Of a stretch of 64,000 bases of DNA, positions 10,601 to 24,873 are shown one piece after another (the stretch's first letter is position 1; every line of letters starts with the position of its first letter). This stretch comes from Octopus sinensis. Lineage: Eukaryota. The notes under the pieces were generated by a model, which searched no databases, had not been told where the DNA came from, and was given only the letters and a program-made list of their open reading frames with translations. Both the position numbers and the translations under genes were made by a program. The stretch lies in the NCBI RefSeq assembly GCF_006345805.1, contig NC_043012.1:28210001-28274000 (forward strand), read 5' to 3'.

Positions 10601-12150
10601 CAGTTGCAGCCAAAATGTTTAGAACGGCATTGTTTTCGTCAGAAAAGTAGATATAATTTTTTTATCAAAGTTGTTTTATATTCTATAATTTTCACAGACA
10701 ATAAATACGATATTATTTGTTATTGCCTGAGATTTTGGTGTAATTTGAGAGGATAATACAAAAGTTATGGATGATTTAGTGATTTACTAAAAAACCCATG
10801 GCGGCCAAAATGATCAGAACGGTTGCTTTTACTCCGTGTTTTAGTATATTTAACCGGCGAACTCTAATATTTTGAATTTGTTTACGTGACGGTTCGTTTA
10901 CTAAACATTAGTAAGAATATTTGCAATGTACTTTGTTAATATAATGCCACTTACTCCGTTACCAATTCATCAGCAAATTATTAAGCTTCGAAGGAAGGAT
11001 AATTTAAGTATTGGATCTATTGCAAAGATTGTTAACAAGTCAAAAAGTGTTGTACACGGTATTCTTAAGGTCTACGATGTTTGTGGTTCGTGTGAAGCAA
11101 GAAAGTTCACAGGTAGGCCAAGAAAAAGGACCAAGAGAGAAGATCGTGCTATGGTAAAGTTGGTTAAAAAAGACAGATTTAAAACTGCTGCTGCTGTTTC
11201 TCGGAAAATGAGCATTGTATTGAAGAAAACTGTATCTCGAAAAACTGTGTCTCGTCGTTTAGTTGAACATGACCTACAAGCAAGAGCACCTGCAGTGAAG
11301 CCACTGATCAGCTCCAAGAATAAAAAGTGTCGTCTTACCTTTGCAACCGAACATGTGTTGTGGTCTCAAGAAAAATGGCAAACGGTGCATTTCAGTGATG
11401 AATGCTCAGATGGGAAAAGGTACGTTCGTAGAAAAGTAGGTGAAAAATTGTTGCCTAAATGCCTTAAGACTAGTGTTAAATTCGGTGGAGGAAGTGTCAT
11501 GGTTTGGGGAATGATATCTGGAGATGTTGTGGGCCCTTTGGTGCGATTACATGGAAAGTTAAATGCAGGAGTTTATAAACAACTTGTAAAAGATCATGTC
11601 TTGCCTGTGCTGAGAAATTCAACTAAGCGACCACCCATATTCATGCAGGACAATGCCCCATGTCACAAGGCTAAGGTGGTCATGAACTTCCTCAAGGCTG
11701 AAAAGGTTATTGTTATGGATTGGCCAGCTCAAAGCCCAGATCTCAATCCTATTGAAAATGTGTGGAATATTCTAGGAGAACGTTCGAAAGCCAGAAATCC
11801 TAAAACAACTGAGCAATTATGGAATGCTCTTCAGGAAGAATGGAATAAGATCACCCAGCAAGAAATTGAAAATTTAATTTCCTCATGCAGTCGAAGATGT
11901 CAGAGTGTGATTGAAGCTAAAGGGCTTCACACTAAATATTAAATAATTCCAGTATTCTCTGTCATCTTTGATTATTTTGTTATTTTTTTTAACCGTTCTG
12001 ATCATTGTGGCCGCCATAGGTTTTGCAGTAAATCACTAAATCATCCATAACTTTTGTATTATCCTCTCAAATTACACCAAAATCTCAGACAATAACAATT
12101 GATATTGTATTTATTGTCCGTGAAAATTATAGAATATAAAACAACTTTGA
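10601..12150 (+). mobile_element. Tc1-family (IR-DR type) DNA transposon; right TIR truncated
   Basis: TA|CAGTTGCAGCC start. Left IR 10601-10824 has outer and inner DRs (gcagccaaaatgtttagaacgg / gcggccaaaatgatcagaacgg). Right IR 11991-12150 lacks the outer ~65 bp. Confidence 0.93.
10926..11942 (+). CDS. Tc1 transposase, DD34E, 338 aa, open
   Basis: HTH N-terminus, GRPRK, FSDE, QDNAPCH, SPDLNPIEN with 34 residues between the second D and E. About 6 residues are apparently missing right after FSDE compared with the usual FSDESKFxxFGSDG. Confidence 0.88.
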   Translation: MYFVNIMPLTPLPIHQQIIKLRRKDNLSIGSIAKIVNKSKSVVHGILKVYDVCGSCEARKFTGRPRKRTKREDRAMVKLVKKDRFKTAAAVSRKMSIVLKKTVSRKTVSRRLVEHDLQARAPAVKPLISSKNKKCRLTFATEHVLWSQEKWQTVHFSDECSDGKRYVRRKVGEKLLPKCLKTSVKFGGGSVMVWGMISGDVVGPLVRLHGKLNAGVYKQLVKDHVLPVLRNSTKRPPIFMQDNAPCHKAKVVMNFLKAEKVIVMDWPAQSPDLNPIENVWNILGERSKARNPKTTEQLWNALQEEWNKITQQEIENLISSCSRRCQSVIEAKGLHTKY

Positions 12151-12151
<1 letters not shown>

Positions 12152-12212
<61 letters not shown>

Positions 12213-12220
12213 TATATATA

Positions 12221-12253
<33 letters not shown>

Positions 12254-12938
12254 TGGTATGTAAGTTAAAATATGTATATATAAATATTATTAACATTTCC
12301 GATTATTCATGATATATTTACAATTAGTTTTACTCATTGGTTTTTCAATCAACCAACCGTAACTAAGACAAAGAAATTCAAATTTGTTAACCAATTAGAT
12401 TTAGCATATGATTAAAAATAATCGTCCTCCAATCACCGACAGATTTTAAACCACTAAAATATTAATGAATAACGAATAACAAAATAATGTAGTCTATCTC
12501 TTATCTCTTCATACACGATCTTTTATTACACAATATTCTGTGAAATTATATACTTTCGTTAAGATGTAAAGGAAATGAAATCTCATATATATATATTTGT
12601 GTATATTTGTACGTAGGTATATATATATATATATGCATTTACGTATGTACTTATGTGTATGATAAATTATAATGCAGTAACTCTACTATGACTGTTATGA
12701 TATTATGATATATGAATATATTGACTATGAGTTTAAAATTAATAAGATTACATCTATCATATATGTCTGTTTATTGTATTATGGCATACTATATATTTGT
12801 TTCTCCTATACTGTGTATTGTGAAATGAAGATTGCACAGAAACTAATATTATTATTAATAATAATAATTATGATATTAGTAATAATTAAATATTATATAT
12901 GTACTCATAGACATGGACGTGTATGTTGCACTCCAGTT

Positions 12939-13019
<81 letters not shown>

Positions 13020-13158
13020 GCAAGATTTTTTAAATTTTCATTTTTTGTTTTTTTTTGTTATTATTATTATTATTATTATTATATTATTACTAGTATTGTT
13101 GTTATACATACATACATACATACAGACATACGTAATAATAATGATAATAATAATAATA

Positions 13159-13200
<42 letters not shown>
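12152..13200. repeat. AT-rich low-complexity region with (TA)n, (TATG)n, (TAT)n, (AAT)n
   Basis: Direct reading. Confidence 0.85.
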
Positions 13201-13425
13201 GTGGGTGTAAACACATGAACAAAATAAGAATAAACAAAAACAAAAACAAATTACACGAACGTATATAAACAGAAGATACAAATATTATAGGCATTCCTCG
13301 CCACACGCTAACTAAACATAGACGCACATAGAGATATACGCATGCGCAAATGAAGACACATACAATAGAAATACAAAATGGCTGACGGTTAGTAAGGAGA
13401 GACACAAAAATAAGAAAGAAGAAAG

Positions 13426-13592
13426 CAAAGGACCACTGATGCGGTCGCAGGAGTGTGACGAAAGAACTCTGGCCGAAATAAGATTAAGATTAATGTAAAA
13501 AATAAATGACACTGAAGCAAAGTAACACCAAATATATAGTGTGTGTGTTTTTATTGGCTAAACTGGCAATATGACCATTCCGAAATACAACA
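13426..13592 (+). repeat. Second copy of the 9480-9646 repeat
   Basis: Near-identical alignment by eye. Confidence 0.8.
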
Positions 13593-13719
13593 ATATATAT
13601 ATATATATGGATTGATGGAGTTCGGCATTTTTGGTGTGGGTGTCGGTGGGTCCGCGGGCGCGCGCGCGCAGGGTTTGGCGCGCCTGGGGTAAGGCCTAGG
13701 GTGCCATATGCGTGCGTTG

Positions 13720-16140
13720 TGTGTGTGTGTGTGTGTGTGTTATGTGTGTGTGTTAGCGTGTGTGTTAGCGCGCGCACACATACGTACCTACATACATACA
13801 CGCACAAACACTTACACACATACACACATACATACACACATACACACACATACATACCTACACACATACACACTTACACCCACACATACACACACACATA
13901 CATACATACACAAGACATACATACATACAGATATACACCCATACACTCACATATACATACATACATACATGCACACACACATACATACATACACACGCAC
14001 ACGCATACATACACACACACACATACATACATACATTATGCCCATACAACTCCAGAGGAAACCCCACGCACACACGCATACATTCACACACACACACATA
14101 CGTACACACACATACATACATACATTCACACTTTCATTCATACTTTCATTCATACATACATACATACATACATACATACACACACAAACATACACATACA
14201 CACACACATACATACATACACACATACATACACACATATATACACACACGCATACACACATACATACACACACATACTTACACACACATACATACACACA
14301 CACATATCCGCACATACACATATACATACACACATGCATACACACACACATACATACGCACATGCATGCATACATACATACACACACATACACACACATA
14401 CACACATATACGCATGCACACATACATACACGCATACACACACATACATACCTATACACATACACACATACACACATACACACACACATACACACACATA
14501 CATACATACACAAGACATGCATACATACAGACATACACCCATACACTCACACATACATACACACACACATACATACATACACACGCACACACATACATAC
14601 ACACACACACACACGCATACATACATACATTACGCCCACACAACTCCAGAGGAAACCCCACGCACTCACGCATACATTAACTCACACACACATACGTACA
14701 CACACATACATACATACATTCATACTTTCATTCATACATACATACATACACACACACACAAAACACATACACACACACACACATACATACACACATACAT
14801 ATATACACACACGCATACACACATACATACACACACACATACATACACACACACATACACACACATATACGCACATACACATATACATACACACATGCAT
14901 ACACACACATACATACGCACATGCATGCATACATACATACACACACACACATACACACATACACGCATGCACACATACATACAAACACACAGACATACAC
15001 GCATGCACACATACATACATACACACACATACATACATACACACAACACACTTACACACATACACACATACATACATACACACATACACACATACACACA
15101 CACATACATACATACACACATACATACACGCACGCACACATACACACATACACATATACACACACATACTTACATACACTCATACGGACATACATATACA
15201 CAGACATACACACATACACACTCAAACATACATACATACATACACACACACATACCTACATACACACTCGCATGCACACGCACACACATGCATGCCCGCG
15301 CGCACGCACACATACATACATGCATGCACGCATGCCTGTGGGGTCTGGCTTTATTTCGGGCGTACGTCTGGGCGTGTGCGTGTGTGCCTGTAGATTCGCA
15401 TGCGCCCGCACCGCGAGAGTTTTTTTCCATCAATCTTTCAGTTGCGAAGTGTGTCCTTGCATGCATATATATACACACATATAAACATATAAACACACAT
15501 ATAAACCCCTACATTTGTACACACACGCACATACATACATTCACTCCCACGCACGTACACACACATTTACATATATATACAGTACACGCACACACACATA
15601 CACACGTACAATCACACTAATTCACATACACACCGACACATATACATACACACAACATATACCTCCACGCGCACGCACACATACACATACGTACACACAT
15701 ATAAGCACAGACACACACATACATACGTACACCAAAACATGCGCACACATACGCACGCACACGCGCAAAAAGAAACTCACAACCCCAAGGATACACGCAT
15801 ATACATCCATTTACGCTTACACACACACACACATACAAACGCACACACACACGCACACACAACTACACGTACATACATACACAGGCACACGCACACACAC
15901 ACAAATGAACCCACACATACATCCCATACGGCACACAACCATACATACACGCACACACATACATACACGCACACAATCATACATACGTATATATACACTC
16001 ACACGCACGTACAAGCACACACGCACACATACACTAAGTTAAGCACAGTTACTCGCCATACACACAAGAAAACGCACACGTACACACACACATACTACAA
16101 CAAAACACAAACACGATACATATACACGCACACACACATA
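13720..16140. repeat. Compound (CA)n/(TACA)n microsatellite with an internal ~600-bp tandem duplication
   Basis: Unique markers acaagacat (~13910, ~14511) and actccagaggaaacccc (~14049, ~14644) recur at about 600-bp spacing. Confidence 0.9.
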
Positions 16141-16399
16141 CCTCCCTGTTTCTGACCTGCCTTTCTGACTTGCTAGGGTACCCCCACAGCACTCCTTAAT
16201 TCCACTCCTTAATTCTACTACTGCCTGCTACTAGCCATTGTCCACCATACACACATACACACGCACACACTCACACACACACCCTTGTCATCTCGCACAC
16301 CTTTTTTTACCATTCCTTCTTTGATTCAGCTCTCTTGTTTTTAAAAACATTTTCCTCCATTTTTACCACTTCCGTCTTTTTAGTATGTGAATACTACCT

Positions 16400-16576
16400 G
16401 CAATTTTTTTTCCTCTGTCCTCCCGTCTCGGGATCTTTCTTTCTCCTATGTTTCCGACGAAGAGCTCCGCTCGAAACGTCAAACCCTCCTTCTTCACTTC
16501 TTTCCTGAGCGTCCAATAATACTTTATTTGTTCCACATCCTTGCGTTGTTGTCTTTTTGTTTTCTTGTTTGGATTA

Positions 16577-16580
<4 letters not shown>
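16400..16580 (+). mobile_element. PLE-type terminal-repeat fragment (shorter relative at 18415-18510)
   Basis: Contains a minimal hammerhead motif. Shares cttctttcctgagcgtccaataatactttatttgttccac... with 18425-18505. Confidence 0.6.
16450..16484 (+). ncRNA. Minimal type I hammerhead ribozyme motif (U4C core variant)
   Basis: GUUU-CCGACGA-A-GAGC(UCC)GCUC-GAAAC-GUC-AAAC: helix I GUUU/AAAC, helix II GAGC/GCUC, palindromic ACGU helix III. Confidence 0.7.
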
Positions 16581-17114
<534 letters not shown>

Positions 17115-17118
17115 ATAT

Positions 17119-17157
<39 letters not shown>

Positions 17158-17294
17158 ATGAATAATTGTCTATATGCTTGTACGTAGGTTTAATTATGTC
17201 TGTTTATATGTTTATATATATATGTATATATATATATTGACTTGTACGCGTAGCTTGTTTCATATATATATTTATATTTTGAATGTACTTTATA

Positions 17295-17415
17295 ATCTCT
17301 GACGAAGCCTATGGAAATATATAAGTACCTCATTTTAACTGCTTACGACCTCAATAAATAGATTTGTATGAGCTCAACAAATTACATTTTCCAAAGGCTG
17401 AAACAGCTGTAAGTG
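17295..17415 (+). ncRNA. Type I hammerhead motif with long helix II
   Basis: CUGACGA (17299-17305), helix II AGCCU..UGGAAA / UUUCCA..AGGCU, GAAAC-AGCUG-UA with palindrome ACAGCUGU. Helix I is weak. Confidence 0.6.
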
Positions 17416-18139
17416 AATTTAATGATTTCAATAATTTATATTAAGGTTTTTTTTAATTGTATTCTTATCTTATATGTATTGAATTTTAATGTATATATGT
17501 ATGTTATTATGGTTCTCGTTTTGTTAAATAAATAAGTCAACATTCTTATATCCTAAATTGAGAAACAATTTAGTTGATTTAGGATATTAGAAAGTTTTGT
17601 GAGTGGATATGGTAGACCGAAACTGAAAGAAGCCCGTCGTGTATATACAAAGACATGCAGGAAGTAAATAGACATCTTTAATTTTCAAATCTTTTATTTG
17701 ATTGGTTGAAGGAGAGGTTTTCTTCTAGCTGCTCGTCCATAATACCCAAGCTTATGCAGATACGTAACACACGTTCTTGGATTAACTTCTAGCTGTTTTG
17801 CAATGTCAGAAGCCTTCGAACTGGGTTCGTTTTCCACGTTTCTCTTCAAACAGCGAAGCTTCCTATCCGAAAGCTCAGGTCGGCCGGGACGAGAATCTGT
17901 TCATTCTTTTCCTTGGCTTTTGAATTATACTATAATTCTATTAACTGTAGTAAGAGGAATTTGAAGATTTTCGGCAATTTTTTACTGGCTAAGACCAGCC
18001 CCAGATTGCCCGACAATACGACCTCTTTGAAAATATGACAGTTGTGCTTAAATGTTTAATATAATGGCACCTGGAATGAAAAAGAATAATTTCATTGTAA
18101 ATTATATACCGCTGAAAACGCTTAGATAAGAAATTTACT

Positions 18140-18250
18140 CCCTAGCGGTTCGGCAAAAGACACCGATAGAGTAAGTACTAAGCTTACAAAGAATACGTCC
18201 TGAGGTCTATTTGTTCGACTAAAGATGGTGCTCCAAGTAAAAGAATAAAA
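18140..18250 (+). mobile_element. Octopus-type SINE, 3' fragment
   Basis: tagcggttcggcaaaagacaccgatagagtaagtactaagcttacaaagaa...gtaaaagaataaaag matches the 3' half of the SINE at 58951-59363. Confidence 0.75.
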
Positions 18251-18254
18251 GAAT

Positions 18255-18287
<33 letters not shown>

Positions 18288-18945
18288 CTCACACAGAGAG
18301 ATATAGGTATGTATGTATGTATGTATGTATGTATGTACGTACGTACGTATACACGTATGTATGTATTACGTAGGTACGTATGTACGTATGTATGTATGTA
18401 TGTATGTATGTATGTATTCCTTCTTCCCTTCTTTCCTGAGCGTCCAATAATACTTTATTTGTTCCACGTCCTTGCGTTGTTGTCTTTTTGTTTTCTTGTT
18501 TGGATTATCTATGTATGTATGTATGTGTACATATGTGTGTGTGTGTGTGTATGTATGTATCGTCAGCAAATCATAAATCCGAAAGATAGGCACATTTTAA
18601 GTTATTAAGCAATACAGTAAATTAGATAAGGTAAATTAGATAAAGATAAAATTAGTAAAGATAGTTTATGAGGCTATGCAGTGCTTCATGTCCATAAGGT
18701 GATTGTCTTTAGAAGTGGCCTATAAGCTCTGTTCAAAGTGAAAGGAGAAAAGATCTAGTTGCTAGTTGTTGACCACACAAGCAAAGGAGAGGAGTCAAGC
18801 GCAAGAGATTGGCTCACTTAGACCGCTAACCGTAATCGGTCTTGTTGGCTTGTAGGTCCCAGGACTTCAGTAGGAATCTCCTGAAGTGTAAGCAGGATCC
18901 AAAGACTTCCGTCCTAGAACTTCTACATATATGCCCTCCGCCATT

Positions 18946-19007
18946 AGAGACTGATGAGTCGCCTTTAAAGCAAAGCGCTTTGTGGATGCGAAACCATTGG
19001 TCACTTT
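18946..19007 (+). ncRNA. Degenerate hammerhead motif
   Basis: CUGAUGA 18951-18957 ... GAAAC-CAUUG-GUC 18990-19002. Helices I and II are only partly paired. Confidence 0.4.
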
Positions 19008-19092
19008 ATGACCGGACATATATTCAACTGCATGTAAATATATATGTTTGTGTGTGTGTGTGTGTGTATTTTCACACACACATCATGATTTG

Positions 19093-21335
19093 TCAGACTC
19101 TAAAGCCGAAGACAAATGTAACTCTTGATCTCTGGGAGGCAAGAATCCGTTACGGTCAATTGGTTAGTAAGTCACAAAAGAATAAACACTCCGGCTCGGT
19201 GACGACGAGATATCGCCCTTTGAGCAGTTCATCTTGGCGAAAAGAGAGGGAACAGGGAATTTTGCCCTTGGGCTGCTTTTAGTTCGGGGACATTACGACA
19301 TTGGTTATTCTACAAAGAATATTCCAACACCGTCGAATGAGGTCTATACGAAATGCTACCCGAGCATGAGGTGGCAGGCGTATTTCTACGACCAAAGCAC
19401 GCCACCCTCCGAGGCCAATACGTACGAGATAAGGTCTATGAGGTTCCCACCCACGATCAATGAGCTCGAAGCCTTCGAAGCAGGCCCACTAGGCATTCAA
19501 GATTCAATACTCCAAGCTAAGATTCAGTACTCTCTCTTCTCCTTTCAAACGCAAACTTCGTACAGATATACAACTAAAAAACTCCGACAGGTTCTTACTT
19601 TTCTGGGATAAGACAAAAAACATATATAGGATAGAGACACATTTACGATAGCCTTCGATGTGGTGATGGGAGCCTACGACAGCACCAACATATGTAATAT
19701 CATTGGACTATACATCCTGAACGCCGTAGGGAAGACGTTCCCTTCATTCCTCTTCGGAATTGACACTGGACGTCTCTAGAGGAGCCAACGGGCACACACT
19801 TAGTAGGCTTAGAAAGGACCCGATTAGCGCCTTAGGCTCCATAGAATTCAAAATTACTATCGAGACTAACCTCACCACCTAGACAGACCCTACCGCAAGC
19901 CAAACGTGAGGTTGTCCTACGTCAACACAGCCTCCTACCATCCCCTATCGTGTTCAAGATCCCAGTGAAGAGTGTCAACATGAGAATTTCGAATCTGTCC
20001 TCAAGTCAATAAATTTTCGGCATCCTTGTTCTCGACTACAACTAGGCATTGGCGTCCAGTGGGTTTAAGGATCGCACCTCCTACATGCCAGGGCCTAGCA
20101 CCCGCAAAAGAAAGAGACACCGGAACATCGGTTGATTTGCCCCACCCTTCTCGCTCAACGTCTTGTTTGAGAAGAATATTCCTTAGGTTAGTAGACAAAC
20201 ATTTCAAGCAGACACACAGGTCTCCATTAGTTGTGCATCCAACATGAAAAGTATATTCGCTAACACCCAAAAAACGCTGGTGGAGGCCGGTTGCTCTTGC
20301 AGCGTGTACAATAACTGCCCAATGGAGGGGCTAATGCGAGGTCGAGGGAGTCATTTATGAGGCTGTAGTGATACCCATACCTAGCAACCACAGTAATAGC
20401 AGCAATGGATCATCCAACAGCCTCGACGGTAGTGGCAGCAGTGACAGTGACAGAAACGCCAGTACTGACGCCAGCGACCCCAGCATCAGTTGAAGATGAC
20501 GACCACACCGACACCAGCAGCACCATCAGCGAGGCTACCGGCGGCCCCACGCTTAATATTACCAATGACGGCACCCACATCACCATCGGCGACAGTAACG
20601 CCAACGCCACGGCCGGGTATGACTACCAAAACGACAACAGCTGCAGCGATATCGCCCGACCCACATCTCATAATGATAACAGCACCGAATGTAGCCCCAG
20701 CAACAGCAGCGGCAACAACAACATCTCCATGTCAGGAGTCAACCGAAGATGCGCCAGAAATGTGAGCACAACCAACACCCAAACCTGGAACTTTATCGGC
20801 TTTCAAGTGGCGTCTGTACAACCACAAGTCTTCTTTCAGGATTCTGGGAAGACGATTTGTCACACCGCTGGTCAGCGACGGATAGCGCCTCAAAGATAAA
20901 AGGACCCCATACGATATCAATCGGGGGATCATAGAGCGGCCAAGGCTCTACATTAATGGAAACGGACGCTACAAGCTTTGTATAGCTGAGCGAGCAAGAA
21001 TCCTCAATGACTCCCTGAAACTCGGATCACTGAACACTCGCCAGGAAATTTACAGACCCTCATCCATTTCGAACGCTACCTGCTTCAAGCACAGGATGCC
21101 CCGTTCTCCGTTTAGATCCGGAAAAGTCCTTACGAACTAAAAGCAGCCCAAGGGCAAAATTCCCCGTTCCCCCTCTTTTGGCGCAGATGATAACACGTCC
21201 TCGATAAGGGAGATAACCCATCCTCGCCGATCCAGAGTGTTCATCCTTCGATGACTTACTAACCGTAACTGATCGTAACCGATTCCTGTCTCCCAGAAAT
21301 GAAGAATTACATTTTCCTTGGTGTTAGAGTCTGAG
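19093..21335 (+). mobile_element. Degenerate, internally deleted Penelope-like element with diverged inverted terminal repeats
   Basis: N-terminal YSTKNIPTPS..MRWQAYFY, RT FDVVMGAYD..IIGLYIL, YVNTAS.HP, linker RNIG.FAPPFSLNV, GIY-YIG VIYEAV...FIG..FKWRLYNH..KLCIAE. 19093-19290 is the reverse complement of 21135-21335 at roughly three-quarters identity. Confidence 0.82.
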
Positions 21336-21411
21336 GAGCCGTCCATGGGGTTAAGCCCTTTGTAGATGCGAAATTAGTAGTCACTCTATGACCGAACATA
21401 GACTTAACTAG

Positions 21412-21414
<3 letters not shown>

Positions 21415-21469
<55 letters not shown>

Positions 21470-21470
21470 A
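21415..21470. repeat. (CA)n microsatellite; (TATG)n at 21805-21878, (TACA)n/(TA)n at 22185-22312 and 23455-23607
   Basis: Direct reading. Confidence 0.9.
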
Positions 21471-21802
21471 TATTGGATGAAACATAAACAATAGAGACTG
21501 GTAATAGGCTCGACCCGTATTATGAGGGAAAAGAGATAAAAAGAGTACTGTGAAATTGCTTTGGGGATGAGAGTTTTGGGACAGAATCTTTCTTTAGCGT
21601 TGTGATGACAGGAAGACAAATGAAGGACAACAGTTTTATAAGTTTTACATTTGAGCAACTGGCTTGTTTCATACGTATTTGAGACTTTGATTCCACCGCC
21701 AGAAATCTTTGATAAGTCTTTTTTTATCATAGCTTAGAGTTTACTACGTGTTCATAGTGAAATTTTACAAACACATTCTGTGCACGCACGTGCGCGTACG
21801 TA

Positions 21803-21833
<31 letters not shown>

Positions 21834-22255
21834 TGTATGTATGTATGTATGTATGTATGTATGTATGTATGTATGTATACCTGAATATAAACATAATGTA
21901 CAAGAAAGCTCGCCTAAAAGCGAAACTATCACTTCAAAAGAAATGTGATACTTAAATTGAATTCTGTATGGTTTCCTCAAAGAACTTCAAAGAAATATCC
22001 AACGTTTTCAGATTGCCTTGTACAAATACACTTGCTTTTGGAAAATAGAACGGTCGGGGAATTGTAGTGTGCTATACTTGTAATAACTCTCAGAACCTGA
22101 CCCAAATTCGCCTGCTGCGAATGTGTTTTAAGAATCTATGTTAGCGGTGGTTTACTTTGAATGGGCACATATACATAGCTACATACATACATACACACAC
22201 ACATACATACATACATACATACATACAGACAGACAGACAGATACAGATAAATGCG

Positions 22256-22316
<61 letters not shown>

Positions 22317-24637
22317 ACACTCTTGCTGAGTATCCGATCCTTTTATTTATTTATTTATTTATTTATTTGCATTTTGCATATAAAAACAATGGAATATTCG
22401 GTAAAGAAAAAAATGGAACTTATATAATTTTTTTTAAAACCTCCCCTCCGATTTTGGCGAATGTTTCTTGTTTTTCTTCTTTTTGCACTGCACACTTAAA
22501 AACGATGGGAGAAGCCTTGAAGGATATCGGTGATTACGATTACAATTCTACTTCCTTCATTTAAAAAACAATAGTAAATATTTAAAAGAATTTCCATTAA
22601 AAATAAATATCTAGAATTTCGGCTTTTTTTCCGAAAATTCATTAATCATAGTTTTAAAATACGGGCAGTTCGAATCAACAGTTTGTTTCTCTTTATAATT
22701 TCAAAATAATGTTCAGACGAACAGGTGATTTAAGGATGATTTAGCTATTTTTCTAGCCTATCCTACGACCACCTGGTACCTTTCTCGTTTCTTTGTCACT
22801 CTGACATGTATTATGTTTTTCGATATTTTTCTCCCCTAAACACATTTTATCGAATGATGATGCAGTGGTCAATTGCTGAGACTGATCATCAACAAAAACA
22901 TTTGTTATTTAAATCTTTAATACTATTAAAACATATTATCTTTTAAATATCTTTGTCAAATATTTTGAAGTAAAAATTCTCAAATTTGGTTTATTGATGT
23001 ACTTTTTCATGCTGAATCCGAATTTGTGATTCTATTATTTCAAAAAGACTTTAGAAAAATGTCACAGAGGTTTAAAGTGTGATCATTTTTACCAAATCAA
23101 AAAACAGGATTGGTGCGCAATAGCTGTCATCAAATGAAAATAAACATTAGAAAGGGGTTTTAAACAAATTGAAACCTATGCGTGAGAATTAATTCATATA
23201 CTGAGAGAGAGTATATCAAAAAGTATGGTAAATATATATAGTGAGATAGATTGTTGGTGATAGATAAAGAATGGGAGATCTAAATGGTAAGTTATTTCTC
23301 GGAGCAAATTATATCTTTTTATTATTTATGAGCGATATTGTCTGAGGGATGCACATTTTGAAAATCAAATTAATTTTCCCCGAGGATGCACCGTTTCAGA
23401 GCCTTTATGGGCTAAATACACATATATAACCAAATGCACTCGCATTTATATAACATAGATAGATAGATAGATAGATAGACAGATACATACATACACATAC
23501 ACACAAATACATACATACATACATACATGCATGCATGCATACATACATACATACATACATACATACATACATACATACATACATACATACATACATACAT
23601 ACATACATGGTGGTGGCTGCCCCCCTCGTTATCGAGTATGGCCATTGCACGAAGCTTAATCAATGTTGTTATTGTGCAATGCCTGTGCAAGAAGATTTTT
23701 TTAAAGTGAGGAAAGGCTGTGTACTGAGTCAATCACACTCACTAAGCAACAGCAGCCATAATCCGAAAAGAAGGACAAGTCAACATCATCGGTAACCACT
23801 GAGCCGCAGGTTTTATGTCGGAGTTATCCCAGTTACCTGAGTTACCTTCTCCTAGAAGGATGCCCGAACAAAGTCTAGGAGTCCCTCGCTCCAAATGGTT
23901 TAACCGTGCGATCGGGTATTCAGTCCGATTATTTCCTATGTCCCCGCGCATGATACATCGTTAATACATTGAATGGCCGTTGACTCTCAAGAGTTCCTCT
24001 GCCCTTTGACGGGTTTTGTTTTTCATCCCGCAGGGTGTCCAATAAACACCCTTCTCACCAAGCAAGCTTGGTGGGGTTGCCGGTTTAGTCGCCGACGACC
24101 ATGCAACAGGTTGTACTGGGTTACATGTTACCAGTAGCACACGAAAGTACATACATACATACATACATACATACATACATACATACATACATGCACATAC
24201 GTGTGTATGTGTGTGTGTGTGTCGCTTCGCAACTATGAGATCCGGTTTCGATCTTCATGCATGTCAATTTGAGCAAGTGCGTTTATAATAAGGTGCTAGT
24301 ATAGTATGCGGTCTACCACGGTGTCAAAGATGTTGTCTACCTTATATTTCAGAGATCATTTTCTTCAAAATCATAGATTTTAGCATCTAACCATGATCAC
24401 TCAATGGCTTGAGTGTGTGCTCCGGTCACTGGATCTACATAATGTCGTTCATAGTTCACTGTCAGATGATGATAACCTATGACAGTTAAATTATTATAAG
24501 CGGACCACTCATCTGAATGATTTACTGAACCTTTTTCACATTTTGTCTCAATAACTGAGACCAGACCGTTCCAATCACGCCGCCGTTCCTCACAGAAGTA
24601 TCGACAGTCTGAGCCTTGTCTGAGACCAAAAACTCAC

Positions 24638-24810
24638 TTGTTTCAGTCATTTGACTGCGGCCATGCAAATCGACCCCAGGACTTATTCTTTGTAAGCCTA
24701 GTATTTATACTATCGTTCTCTTTTGCCGAATCTCTAAGTTACGGGGACATAAACACACCAGCTTCAGTTGTCAAGCGATGTTGGGGGGGGGGGCAAATAC
24801 AGACACTCAA

Positions 24811-24873
<63 letters not shown>

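Noticed and set aside
13608-15435. Possible inverted repeat between the GC-rich patches flanking the CA microsatellite
   Set aside because: Only about 10 bp (gattgatgga) match; the rest does not align.
13701-15620. 639-aa and overlapping His/Thr-rich or Val/Cys-rich ORFs
   Set aside because: These are translations of CA/TACA microsatellite that lack stops by composition. The same applies to the YI-, ER-, HHH- and GGR-rich ORFs elsewhere.
22330-23420. Possible non-autonomous DNA transposon
   Set aside because: It has TE-like composition, but I could not find TIRs, a TSD or coding motifs.
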